From positions 1 through 35,466 of IMG/VR virus record IMGVR_UViG_3300033407_000913: a stretch of 35,466 bases of DNA; one strand, given 5' to 3'. Both the position numbers and the translations under genes were made by a program. This DNA is from a virus (taxonomy: Duplodnaviria; Caudoviricetes). Below, piece by piece: positions 22,127 to 31,291 of this stretch (position 1 is its first letter; each line of letters opens with the position of its first letter). Under the pieces are notes generated by a model. The model saw only the letters and a list, made by a program, of their open reading frames with translations, made no database searches and had not been told where the DNA came from.

Positions 22127-24130
22127 TTATTGTTGGCCGACCGCCTCGCCGTCGACTTCAAACCCGCTGATGCTGACCTGTTTGTGCCAGAAAGTTTGCA
22201 ACGCATCGGGCGTCTTCAAGAGCACCACCAGGTCGGTCCCCTCCTCGCTCACCTGGTGCCACGCGCTGAGCCCGTCGGTGAGGCTCAAGGTCTTAAACTC
22301 CGCGATGTTCCGCGGGCGCGTGCGATAGCCTACATCGAGCAGCCGCGGCCGGACACCGGCGTCCTCCACGTCGTTGAGGTGCCACTTGACGGCATAGAAA
22401 TGCCCGTCCAGCCCCTCCACCAGGCGCATGCGGCCCGATTCGTAATCCACCTTGGGCATGGGAAGGTCGTCGCGTGACTCATTGGTCACCAGAATGCGCC
22501 GCCCGTCCACCGCCAGGGCCAGGCTCACGGGGCGCAGTTCGAGGCGTCCGGTCCCGCTCGGGTCCTGCGGCGCGCCCGGGTCCTGCGTACCCACCAGCGG
22601 CAAAATGCACGACGGGTTGTCCGCCGGATCGTCCGGGCTGAGCGTGGTCCATGCGCCCGTATCATAGTGGAACGCGAGGACCTTGACCCGCTCGTTGTCC
22701 ACCGACAAGTTGACCAGGTACAGAATCCGGCGATCGGGATCGTGCCCGTAGCTTACCGCCTGGTTGCGCCCCAGCGTCTGATCGCCGACGAAGGCCTTCC
22801 ACGTGTTCGCGATCCGCTCCGCCGTGTTGCGCTCCATGACTCCGTCGAACTGGTAGAACCCGTCGACCGTGTTGTAGAGCACCCGCCCGCCCAAAACCAC
22901 GGCCCCGTTGCCCCCCGCGGCGTTCGCGCATCCCACCGTGATTTTGGTCTTGTACCACTCGTGCGGGCTGTTGAGCAGCGCGGCGCCGGTGTTGATCGTC
23001 TCATTCGTGGGGCGCACGATGCTCCCGGAAAGGACCCAGGCCCCGCGTTCCTTGAGCACCACCGCCTGCCCGGCGTACTCCGCCATGCCGGTGATGATTC
23101 CACCGTCGTCATCACAGGTCTCGAAGTCCACGTCGCGCACGTGCTCAGGATGGCCCAGTGAACTGTAGCGCAGCTTGCTCGGGTCGCGAAGGTCGTTGTA
23201 GAGCATGCGCGACTTGTAATACAACCCGACGTTGGCGAACTCCGGCATCCCGTTGACGTAGGGGGCGAAGGGCCCCGTCTCCGGCGAACCCGCCGGCGGC
23301 AGGAGAAATTCATAGCGCGAGGCGTAATTGGGGTTGCTCACCGAGAATTGATACCAGAGCACGTAGGCCACCTCGCCGGCGGTGACGTTCCGGGCATACG
23401 CGCGGACATGGGTCACGCCGCGTTGCGGCGGCGGCGTACCTTCGAGGAACTTGAAGATCGGAAAGCTAAGCCCCGTGGTACTCACCGGGTTGGTGAAGAC
23501 CGCGTTGCTCTCGCTGTCCCCGTTCGCGTCGTACCACGAAAACCCGAATTGGTACGTCGTGTTGGGCGCCAGGCCGGCGGGCAGCTCGGCGGCGCCTGCT
23601 CGATTGGTCAACATCCAGACGATCGCCCCCTGCGACGGGGCCGGGCTGCCCGTGCGGACTTGCTGATCGGTGGCGTTGGGCGACGGGCTGGTGGTGGGCG
23701 GCGGAATCCCCGCGATGCTCCACCCGTGCATCCCATCGGTTCGAAACACACGCTCCCCGTCGAGGTAATAGAGCCGCCCCTGGGCGAAGACGAAGCTCCC
23801 CTGCCGTTGTTTGACCCCGGAAATCACGCCGATTTCCGTACTGAACAGCGAGCCGTCGACGTGCAGGACGGTGACCAGGTTGCGCAAAGCGTTGGTGATC
23901 GCCGGCGGATACCAGTCGATGCCCGCATACACCCGCCCCTCCGGGTGCAACGCGAAGCGAGCGTCGACTTCGAACGGGGGCCTCGGCTGAATCGTCCCTT
24001 TATCGAGCAACACGTTCTCGGCGCGCACCGCGTGCCGCGCGGAGATGTCCCGCGGCTCGTGCCAGGTATCCAAACCAAGAAACGGGCCCATGATCTTGAA
24101 GGGGCTGGCAATGGGTCGCTGTGCGGCCAA
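22127..24130 (-). CDS. Tail nozzle / P22 gp10-like DNA stabilisation protein
   Basis: N-terminal FLGLDT...AENVLLDKGTIQPRP; propeller-like motifs LRYSSLGHPE and GGIITGMA; follows the adaptor gene. Confidence 0.75.
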   Translation of the reverse strand: MAAQRPIASPFKIMGPFLGLDTWHEPRDISARHAVRAENVLLDKGTIQPRPPFEVDARFALHPEGRVYAGIDWYPPAITNALRNLVTVLHVDGSLFSTEIGVISGVKQRQGSFVFAQGRLYYLDGERVFRTDGMHGWSIAGIPPPTTSPSPNATDQQVRTGSPAPSQGAIVWMLTNRAGAAELPAGLAPNTTYQFGFSWYDANGDSESNAVFTNPVSTTGLSFPIFKFLEGTPPPQRGVTHVRAYARNVTAGEVAYVLWYQFSVSNPNYASRYEFLLPPAGSPETGPFAPYVNGMPEFANVGLYYKSRMLYNDLRDPSKLRYSSLGHPEHVRDVDFETCDDDGGIITGMAEYAGQAVVLKERGAWVLSGSIVRPTNETINTGAALLNSPHEWYKTKITVGCANAAGGNGAVVLGGRVLYNTVDGFYQFDGVMERNTAERIANTWKAFVGDQTLGRNQAVSYGHDPDRRILYLVNLSVDNERVKVLAFHYDTGAWTTLSPDDPADNPSCILPLVGTQDPGAPQDPSGTGRLELRPVSLALAVDGRRILVTNESRDDLPMPKVDYESGRMRLVEGLDGHFYAVKWHLNDVEDAGVRPRLLDVGYRTRPRNIAEFKTLSLTDGLSAWHQVSEEGTDLVVLLKTPDALQTFWHKQVSISGFEVDGEAVGQQ

Positions 24131-24148
24131 GTTTTTCCTTTCGCGGGA

Positions 24149-24862
24149 TCACACACGCTGGGATACGTGGGCCCGCAGACTGTTGAGCTCGTTGAGCATG
24201 TTCTGTTCGCCTGCCGCGTACTCCGCGACGATGGCGTCGTTGAGTCGATTGGTGACTCCCTTAGCCATCATCGCGGCACGCAGGGCGATGAGGTAGTGGA
24301 AGTCTCCCGGCACCATCGTGGGGTATTCGTCCAGCGACCAGAAATCCTTGATCGCGGGGACGTACGCGACCTCAAGGACTTGGGGGACCGGGGTCCGCGC
24401 TTCCAGTCCGAGCATCCACGTCCCGGCGCTCGATCGGTAGAGATAGAGCCATTCGCCGAACGCCTGCCGCCCGACCTGCGGCCACGGCGCCGATACCTGG
24501 GCCTCGCCCGTGGGGCGGATGTGCATCAGCGTCCGCCCCAGGTTGGCGGTGACGGCCGTCGCCGCGGTGACCCCTTCCACGCGGTGCACGGTCACGACCT
24601 TGCGCACCCGGCCGCTGGGTCCGATCGCGTACTGCGGGTCGGCCTTGACCACAGGATACTCGCGCTGTGTCGGGACGACTTCGATGAGGATGCGGTCCGC
24701 CGCCATGTTCCAGAGCTTGCCCGCTGTCTCCACCACGGCCACGACGGCGGGGTACGCAATCTTGAACAGTTGGTCGAGGTAGGAATCGTCGAACTTGCTC
24801 TTCTTGGGATCGTCCAGCCAGAACGCGGTTTGCTGAATGATCTGGGCGACGCTCAGGGCCAT
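24149..24862 (-). CDS. Head-tail adaptor protein (P22 gp4/SU10-like)
   Basis: N-terminal helices (LSVAQII...WLDDP...DSYL), central beta insert, C-terminal PTMVPGDFHYLIALRAA; position. Confidence 0.75.
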   Translation of the reverse strand: MALSVAQIIQQTAFWLDDPKKSKFDDSYLDQLFKIAYPAVVAVVETAGKLWNMAADRILIEVVPTQREYPVVKADPQYAIGPSGRVRKVVTVHRVEGVTAATAVTANLGRTLMHIRPTGEAQVSAPWPQVGRQAFGEWLYLYRSSAGTWMLGLEARTPVPQVLEVAYVPAIKDFWSLDEYPTMVPGDFHYLIALRAAMMAKGVTNRLNDAIVAEYAAGEQNMLNELNSLRAHVSQRV

Positions 24863-24880
24863 GAATCACACTATTTCAAG

Positions 24881-24975
24881 CAGGCATAAAGGCAGGGACG
24901 AAGGCGCCAAGGCACGCAGACCTTTGTCCCTCTGCGCCTCTGTGCCTATGTGCCTGCCTTTGTGCCTGCCTCTTC
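24881..24975. repeat. Intergenic degenerate AGGCAC/GTGCCT inverted octamer array
   Basis: Left arm AGGCATAAAGGCAGGGACGAAGG; right arm CCTTTGTCCCTCTGCGCCTCTGTGCCTATGTGCCTGCCTTTGTGCCT. Confidence 0.75.
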
Positions 24976-24979
24976 CCTC

Positions 24980-25903
24980 TTACACCGACGGCGTGCCGAT
25001 CAGGATGCCGGTCTCCGCGTTGTTGTTGACCACCTTGTTGTCGAACAGTTGCCAGAGGCAACCGGCGCCCATCGTGATGTGCGCGAGGCTGGTGTCCGTC
25101 GGATTGCGCAATTTGTTTTCCACGATGGAACCCGAGCTGGCCACGGCCGCACATTCGATGCACTTGTTGCTCGCGCCGTTGAGCTGGTGAATCACGTTGT
25201 TGGCCACCAGGAGGTCGGTGGCCGCGGCGCTCACATAGATGGCCGCCTGGCTGTATTCCCCCTCGATCTTCGCGCCGCTGATCTCCAGGCCATGATTCCC
25301 CGTCCCGACTTCGATGCAACTCACGGGGCCCGCCGTCTTCTGCCGGGCCCGGAAGCGGTTGATCCGCACACGATTGTTCGTGATGAGTATCCCGGTCAGG
25401 GTCTGGAGTGAGGTTTCGTACAATAGAAAGTCATTCAGCTGCGCGTCTTCGCCCGTGATGCTCAACTGCTTGGTGACCGCGTCGAGGAACGTGCCGATGA
25501 TGAAGCGGTCCATGCGCACGTTGTTCGCGCTGATGACCCAATGGGCCCCGACCACCGAATCGGTCCCGATGCTGGGCCGAAAACTCCCCTGCCCGCAGCC
25601 GATGACGGTCATCCCGGGGACGTTGAAATCCAGCTCCGCCGCGGCGCTCACCGTTTCCACGTGCCGTGGCCCCACCACCACAACGTCGCCCGTGGACGCC
25701 AGGCTCACCGCTTTTTTAAGGGTCTTCAACGGTGCGTCGGGGTTTTGCCCCGAGTTGTTCACGTCCGTGGCCCGGGTGTGCACGCTCTGCACGTACAAGA
25801 GGTTTTGCCAGGGATGTTGCAAGTAAGATTGGGCGTTGAGGGCCATGACCAGAGAGGGGCCGCCGCGTTTGACCATCGTCTGGGTGATAATGCCGGATGC
25901 CAT
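24980..25903 (-). CDS. Right-handed beta-helix virion protein
   Basis: NSGQNPDAPLKTLKKAV...GDVVVVGPRHVETV cap motif followed by repeated beta-helix rungs; AAGGAG RBS. Confidence 0.8.
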   Translation of the reverse strand: MASGIITQTMVKRGGPSLVMALNAQSYLQHPWQNLLYVQSVHTRATDVNNSGQNPDAPLKTLKKAVSLASTGDVVVVGPRHVETVSAAAELDFNVPGMTVIGCGQGSFRPSIGTDSVVGAHWVISANNVRMDRFIIGTFLDAVTKQLSITGEDAQLNDFLLYETSLQTLTGILITNNRVRINRFRARQKTAGPVSCIEVGTGNHGLEISGAKIEGEYSQAAIYVSAAATDLLVANNVIHQLNGASNKCIECAAVASSGSIVENKLRNPTDTSLAHITMGAGCLWQLFDNKVVNNNAETGILIGTPSV

Positions 25904-25918
25904 AGACAGACTCCTTGA

Positions 25919-25965
25919 AAAAGCTGAGCGAAGGGAGAAGGGGCGGGTCTCGTTCGCTCCGCCCC
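25919..25965 (-). promoter_or_regulatory. Hairpin/pseudoknot-capable intergenic RNA (possible attenuator)
   Basis: GGGGCGG/CCGCCCC stem; loop AGCGAA is complementary to downstream UUCGCU; followed by UUUUU and the RBS. Confidence 0.4.
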
Positions 25966-26000
25966 GTCGTCCCCCGAACAGCAGGCCGTGCCAAAGAAAG

Positions 26001-26624
26001 CTACGTCGACTGTCGCCCCGAAAGGCTGGTAATCTTACGGTGACCCCGGAGCTCCACGGCCACCAGCTTCAGCTCGTCGGCGCTGGCCGTGCCGCTGCTG
26101 GTCAGCGTCACCGCCAGGGCCACCAGGGCGTCGGCGATAAAATCTTCGTTGTTCGCGTCCAGGGCGCCGAGCTCACCGGCGACGCTCAGGCTTGCCCATT
26201 CGGTCGCGGTGAGCACGCTGGCCGTGCTGGTCATGGTCTTATCCGCAAAGGTGACCGAGCCGTCCGGCGTCACCTTCGCATCCCCGATGACCTGCCCCAC
26301 GTCGATCCCCTTCGCGGCCAGCGACCAGGAGACGCCGGTATCGGCGTCGGTGCTGGTCGATTCGAAAAGCAACCGCGCCTGGAGGTCCTGTTCCAAATCG
26401 AAGTCGTAAGCCCGCAACGACAGGGCCGTGTAGATGTCGTCGCCCGTGGCCATCGAAATGCCCTCGAGCTCGGAGGCCGCCGCCAGTTCGGCGATCTGCC
26501 CGCCGACCCCCAAACTAGTACCGTCGGCCGCGATCCCCGTGAAGTGCCGCGCGGGAATGTGCACCTCGGCGTATTTCAAGCTGAGTCCGCTGTCCTGGTG
26601 GCCGCCACCCGGTGGGTTCGCCAT
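26001..26624 (-). CDS. Putative capsid-associated (decoration/cement) protein
   Basis: Directly after MCP; acidic, beta-rich, 207 aa; AAGGA RBS. Confidence 0.65.
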   Translation of the reverse strand: MANPPGGGHQDSGLSLKYAEVHIPARHFTGIAADGTSLGVGGQIAELAAASELEGISMATGDDIYTALSLRAYDFDLEQDLQARLLFESTSTDADTGVSWSLAAKGIDVGQVIGDAKVTPDGSVTFADKTMTSTASVLTATEWASLSVAGELGALDANNEDFIADALVALAVTLTSSGTASADELKLVAVELRGHRKITSLSGRQST

Positions 26625-26674
26625 AAGTCACGTCCTTTCGCAATGATTGCATGATTTCTCGCTCGTTGCCGGGT

Positions 26675-27922
26675 CTACGCGACCACCGGCGTTGCATCCA
26701 GGTCCGTAATCACCGCCTGGGTGTTGGGGGCGCAGCACACCGGCTGGAGGTAGCGAGACCACGCGGCCTCCATCGCGTCCTTGCCCGGCACGCGGCAGAG
26801 GATCGCGCCGTCCTCATCGATCCAGTCGCCCTCGCTATCCTGGAACAGTTCCCAGTGCGCGGTATCCAAAACATACATTTTGGTGGGATCGCAGTGCTTG
26901 TCTCTCACGATGGGCTTGTCATCGAACATGATCGCGGTGGCCCAGCCGTTGAGCTTCTTGGTGCTGTTCTCGATGCGCCGCGCGGCCACCAGCTCGTTCA
27001 TCAACTGCCGGAACACTTCGTACCCGCAAATGATGAGATTGGGATGCCCCGCGGAGTAGCGTTCCACCTGGTCGCACGCTTCGGATATGAGCGGAAAGTT
27101 GATCCGCCGCGGAGCGCCAGCGTTGTTCAGCACGTTCCCCTGCCAGAATTGATTGGCCCCCAGCGTCCGGTCCAGCCCCCCGTAGTTGCCCAGCGGGGGA
27201 TTGGCGGTGCTGATCGCCGCGTCCAGCCCGAGCACCGCGTCGTTGTACGATGCGTTTTCGTACAGCGCGTAGGTGGTGGGAGCGGCGTTCACTCCGGCGC
27301 CGGTCCCGTCCGCGAACTGCTTTCCGCCCACGATGGTGCACAGTTTCGTCTGGGTGTTGACCCTGATCGTCGCCCCGCGCACGCCCGCGCCGTCCGCACC
27401 GCTGGCAATCAACAGGACGTCATAGCGGGCGCCGTCGTCGATGCCGCGCACGTCGTCCACGGTGAACGTGGTGGCCGAAGGCGCGGTCACGATGCTCGCG
27501 ACCTTTCCCGACCCGTCTCCGAACAGGTGAAAGTTGAGCATGTGCCGAAGCTGCTTGACCAGGTTGCTCGTTTCCAGGTCATACACGCGGGCCTCGGCGG
27601 AGACCGGGACGTTGGACGACGAGTGCATCATCGCCCGGGAGATGCGGATCTTCCCGTACATGCGCGCGTAGTTGAATTGCACGCGCTCGACCTTCTGGTA
27701 GTCGCTGTCCGGGATGTCACCCGCGGAACTGAATCCGCGCCCGCCGCTCTTTCCCGTGTGCAGGGAGATCGAGATTTGCGACCCTTCCGCGAAACTCGAC
27801 GTGGTGTTCCGCGTGAGGTACTGGAGCAGGATGCTCATCAAGTTGAATTGGCGGCGCATCTTCGGGCGGTACACCGTCCGAAGCAGCGCGGCCTGGGTGG
27901 TTCGATTGGCTTCATTGGCCAT
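26675..27922 (-). CDS. Major capsid protein (HK97 fold)
   Basis: 415 aa after the scaffold. YARMYGKIRIS, LVKQLRHMLNFHLFGDGSG, PNLIICGYEVF, FDDKPIVRDKHCDPTKMYVLD and PNTQAVITDL are typical MCP segments. Confidence 0.9.
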   Translation of the reverse strand: MANEANRTTQAALLRTVYRPKMRRQFNLMSILLQYLTRNTTSSFAEGSQISISLHTGKSGGRGFSSAGDIPDSDYQKVERVQFNYARMYGKIRISRAMMHSSSNVPVSAEARVYDLETSNLVKQLRHMLNFHLFGDGSGKVASIVTAPSATTFTVDDVRGIDDGARYDVLLIASGADGAGVRGATIRVNTQTKLCTIVGGKQFADGTGAGVNAAPTTYALYENASYNDAVLGLDAAISTANPPLGNYGGLDRTLGANQFWQGNVLNNAGAPRRINFPLISEACDQVERYSAGHPNLIICGYEVFRQLMNELVAARRIENSTKKLNGWATAIMFDDKPIVRDKHCDPTKMYVLDTAHWELFQDSEGDWIDEDGAILCRVPGKDAMEAAWSRYLQPVCCAPNTQAVITDLDATPVVA

Positions 27923-28053
27923 GAGACGTCTCTCCTGGGGACGTCTCCAGCCGCCCGCGATTTAAGCCCCTTCGAGTCCGGCCGCACACTGGAGTGTGGG
28001 CCAAACTCTATCCCGGCGGACCTCGTTTGCACCCGAGGCGGGGCGGTTTCTGG
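27923..28053 (-). promoter_or_regulatory. Structured MCP leader
   Basis: GAGACGTC/GACGTCTC stem encloses the AGGAG RBS directly before ATG; further stems CCTCG/CGAGG and GGCC-CACAC/GTGTG-CGGCC. Confidence 0.5.
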
Positions 28054-28749
28054 TTACACCGTCACGCCGCGCTGTTTGCGCAGCATCGTCTGGGCCTTCC
28101 GGCTATAGATCGTATTGAGCTCGTGGTCGGTCATGGCGAACGCCTTTTCGTTGGGCATGCCGCACACCGAGCCGTCGAAGTCGTCGACCTCTTCCGCGTC
28201 GTTGGTGGAGGCGTCTGAGCGCCCGCCGCCCTTGCCCGTGTCCACGGCCTTCTGCTCGTTATCGAGGCGTTTTTCTGCCGCCGTCTTGGCTGCGGCCTTG
28301 GAGGCGTCAATCTTTTTGAGCCGCCGATCGCATTCCTTCTTGGCCTCTTCGGCCAGGGCGGCCTTGGTCTGCTCGAAGTTTAGCGTGGCGATGTCGGCGC
28401 GCGAGCGAAGGGCCCTGGCCGCGGCGGATTCGATTTGCTCGACGTCCGTGGGATCGTCCTTGAGCGCTTCGTAGCTCGATACGACGCCCTTGACGGCTTC
28501 CTTCAGGTCCCGCGCCCCCAGGGCGGCTTCGAAGCGAAGCTCCATTCGACGGACCAATTCCCCCTCTTTCTCCTTGCTCGCGGCGCCGTCCGCCCGCGGC
28601 GTGGCCCCTGCCCGCCGGGCGTTCTCCTGGGCGCGGCGGAGGACCTCTTTCGGCGGCAAACCGCTGTTGCGGATTTGCTGGACCGCGTCACGCTCCTCCG
28701 GGGTCAGTTCGTCGTCGCCAAGACCTTCTTCGTCGGGTTCGTGGGGCAT
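28054..28749 (-). CDS. Capsid scaffolding protein
   Basis: ATG 28749 with AGGAG; acidic N-terminus, charged coiled coil, short C-terminal helix; between portal and MCP. Confidence 0.8.
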   Translation of the reverse strand: MPHEPDEEGLGDDELTPEERDAVQQIRNSGLPPKEVLRRAQENARRAGATPRADGAASKEKEGELVRRMELRFEAALGARDLKEAVKGVVSSYEALKDDPTDVEQIESAAARALRSRADIATLNFEQTKAALAEEAKKECDRRLKKIDASKAAAKTAAEKRLDNEQKAVDTGKGGGRSDASTNDAEEVDDFDGSVCGMPNEKAFAMTDHELNTIYSRKAQTMLRKQRGVTV

Positions 28750-28781
28750 CGTTACGTTCTCCTGCGCCTCTGAAAGTTCTG

Positions 28782-28856
28782 CCGGGCGCCGTCCGGGCGC
28801 CGTCCGGGCGCCTTGATTCTGCCACGTTTCCAAAAGAAGGCAAGATATCCTGCCTT
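28782..28856 (-). promoter_or_regulatory. Putative promoter/operator for the scaffold-capsid genes
   Basis: TTGCCT-N16-CAGAAT with extended TG. Near-perfect 20-bp palindrome AAGGCAAGATATCCTGCCTT (28837-28856) overlaps the -35. 11-bp repeat CCGGGCGCCGT x ~3 at 28782-28812. Confidence 0.5.
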
Positions 28857-28862
28857 GATGCG

Positions 28863-31145
28863 CTACCCTCCAACCCCCGCCGGCGGCACGCGCATCGCCG
28901 GCATGGCCCTGCCGTTGCCTGGAATCGGCGCTGCCGGCGCGGCTCCGGGCGGTGGTTCCGCACCAGGCGGAGCACCGCTCGGGGGCCTGACCCCCAATGG
29001 TGCGATCCGCTGGAGATACTTCGCCACCCAAGCCTTCATCGCCTCCGGCTGCATCTGCTTGAGCATCATGTTGAACAGGTGCTCGTAGACATGCGTCCAG
29101 TACGCCAGACCGATCGTCTTGTCGGCCTCCACCGCGGTGCGGTAGCGCGCCGTCGTCGACTGCCGCTCGTGTTCGCGGATGTGCGTTGCATCGTCGTCTC
29201 CGAACGCGACGCGGACCTTGGCCCGCTCCTGCGGGGAGGCGAGCAGCACTTCGTTTTCCCGGGCCGCGTTGGAGCGGTGCTCGGCGGCTTCGTCGGTTTC
29301 GGGCGGCACCTGTTCGTTGATCCAGCGGAGCAGGGTGGCGCGGTGGGCTTCGTTCTTTGGGTCCATGAGGCCGATTTCGACCGTCCCGCGGATCAGTTCC
29401 AGGACCTCCTTCGGATCGCGCTGCTTACCCAACACGCAGCGCACGTTGGCCGAATGCGGACCCACCGGCTTGCGACTCATCAGTGAGCGGCCCTTGAACG
29501 TGAGCACCTGGTACTCGCCGCGTTCGCCCAGAATTCCGAGCGTCCGATCGTCCTCGTAGAACTCCCAGATCAGCGCCGCCAGTTGGGAACCGACCTCCGA
29601 GGCCGCCTCCTCCACCAGGGTGCGCGTCGGACCCGCGACCAGTTGGTCCCCCGCCTGCATCGCCAGGGCGTGCTTGCCACTCTGGCTCGCGCCCTCCGAC
29701 TGGCCCATGCTCGAACGATGGATGTTGGCCACGTCCTCCATGTCCCGCGTATCCGCCTGGTCGATGCGATCCATGAAGGCCGGCGGCGGCGGTAACTCGA
29801 GCGCTCGCACCTTGTTGATGCCGTCGTCCTTCATGGAGATCACTTTGGGCCACTTGCTCATCGCGTCTTCGGGGAAGCCGCTGCCTTTTTCGGCCATGAT
29901 CCGCGGGTCGATCACGAAGCGAAGATACCCAGCCAAAAGGCTGCGTGTTTGATTTCGATTACGCTGGAGGCTCATCAGATCGCGGATCGTGCACGGCGGA
30001 CGGAAACTGTCCGCGTCCGGGATTTCCGTGAACCGAACCAACGGAATGCGCCCGTGCACATAGGGATGGGCGGTTTTCTTCAGCACTCGGTTGCCGCCCA
30101 CGATTCCAAGGAAGCCTTGCGGACAGACCCCGTGGATGCGCGGTCGCCAGAGTTCGTGGATCAGGACGTCTTCCGGCGTGCCCTCATTGGTTACCTCGTC
30201 GGTCTGACGCCTGCCGAAGTCCGCTTCGTAGCGGTGGTGCCGCCGATATTCCTCCGCGGAGCTCGGCGCCAGTTGCCTGGCGGCCTCACCGTAGCGCTGC
30301 CGGCACCATTCCAGAGAGCGGAACCGCGAGACCATCATCCACGGCGCGCTGTGCACGTTTCGGGCGTGCAGGGGTTCGGTGACGTCGAAGCCGCTCAGCC
30401 ACTCGATGTCCACCTCGCCCTTGGGCAGGCGAATGCCCCCGTCCTCCAGTTCGACGCTCTCCGGCGACGCCTTCCGCTTCTCGGCCACGAAGCCGCGCAG
30501 GCGCTGGGTCCAGGATTTCCGGGTCTCCGGGCTATCCTCTTCACCGTCTTCGCGCATCATCTCCGCGTCGAACACGTCGTCGCCGCCGGCGAAGGGATCG
30601 AAGGTGACCCGCGCGCACACGAACCCGGTACAAAACAGTATCCAGGCCGCTTCCAGTAGCTTCGACTGGTTGTGCAGGTGCGACGCGCCCATGTAATGAC
30701 CGACCAGCTTGCCCAGGGTGCGAGCGTTGGCCACGTCGTCGTTGTCGTTGGTCTGCGGGTAAGCGTGGAAGGTGAGCGGACCGCCGAAGGTGAGGGCGAT
30801 CTGCGCGAGTACGAAGCCGCGCAACCGATTGATCGTGATCGGTTGTCGCTGCTCCAGGGGAAGATCGGCGTCGTCACCGCCCCCGTCGATGAGCTGGTGT
30901 CGCTCGTCGCTCCAGACGAGGTGCTGATGCCCCTTGGCCCAGGCCAGTTGCACCGCCGCGTCGCGCTCCCACTCGTAGCGCCGCGCCTTGCCTGTGCGGT
31001 ATTGATGGGCTACGAAGCCGAGCAGCTCGTCGTCGGAGACTTTCCCCGGCCGGGTCCAGTTGATCTGGTGGGCGGCCATCGAACCGCCGCCGTCCTCGTC
31101 GACCATTCTGGCTTGGATTTCGTCGGGGACCTGTTCTCGAATCAT
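28863..31145 (-). CDS. Portal protein (P22-like)
   Basis: 760 aa. ITINRLRGFV, HPYVHGRIPLVRF, DLMSLQRNRN and SMGQSEGASQSGKHAL are typical podophage portal segments; ATGA overlap with the upstream gene. Confidence 0.9.
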   Translation of the reverse strand: MIREQVPDEIQARMVDEDGGGSMAAHQINWTRPGKVSDDELLGFVAHQYRTGKARRYEWERDAAVQLAWAKGHQHLVWSDERHQLIDGGGDDADLPLEQRQPITINRLRGFVLAQIALTFGGPLTFHAYPQTNDNDDVANARTLGKLVGHYMGASHLHNQSKLLEAAWILFCTGFVCARVTFDPFAGGDDVFDAEMMREDGEEDSPETRKSWTQRLRGFVAEKRKASPESVELEDGGIRLPKGEVDIEWLSGFDVTEPLHARNVHSAPWMMVSRFRSLEWCRQRYGEAARQLAPSSAEEYRRHHRYEADFGRRQTDEVTNEGTPEDVLIHELWRPRIHGVCPQGFLGIVGGNRVLKKTAHPYVHGRIPLVRFTEIPDADSFRPPCTIRDLMSLQRNRNQTRSLLAGYLRFVIDPRIMAEKGSGFPEDAMSKWPKVISMKDDGINKVRALELPPPPAFMDRIDQADTRDMEDVANIHRSSMGQSEGASQSGKHALAMQAGDQLVAGPTRTLVEEAASEVGSQLAALIWEFYEDDRTLGILGERGEYQVLTFKGRSLMSRKPVGPHSANVRCVLGKQRDPKEVLELIRGTVEIGLMDPKNEAHRATLLRWINEQVPPETDEAAEHRSNAARENEVLLASPQERAKVRVAFGDDDATHIREHERQSTTARYRTAVEADKTIGLAYWTHVYEHLFNMMLKQMQPEAMKAWVAKYLQRIAPLGVRPPSGAPPGAEPPPGAAPAAPIPGNGRAMPAMRVPPAGVGG

Positions 31146-31291
31146 CGTTTCGACTTCGCCGGCTTCATCACGCTCTTTTTCGCGGCTTTGTCAGTGCTCT
31201 TCTTCTTCCCGTTCTTGGGGGGAAGAACCGGAAGATAGGCCTTCTTAAGCGCCGCGCTCTGCGTCTCTCGATTGGCTTCGTTTCCGTACAT
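31142..31291 (-). CDS. 49-aa Lys-rich peptide with MCP-like N-terminus (internal start)
   Basis: AAGGAG at 31299-31304, ATG 31291; NEANRETQSAALKKAYLP versus MCP NEANRTTQAALLRTVYRP. Confidence 0.65.
   Translation of the reverse strand: MYGNEANRETQSAALKKAYLPVLPPKNGKKKSTDKAAKKSVMKPAKSKR

Noticed and set aside
28750-29031. Longer ORF-track starts for the scaffold, and similarly for 1062-2663, 2781-3386, 3178-3588, 17937-19274 and 20755-21804
   Set aside because: The extensions overlap upstream genes; downstream starts have an RBS or stop-start coupling.
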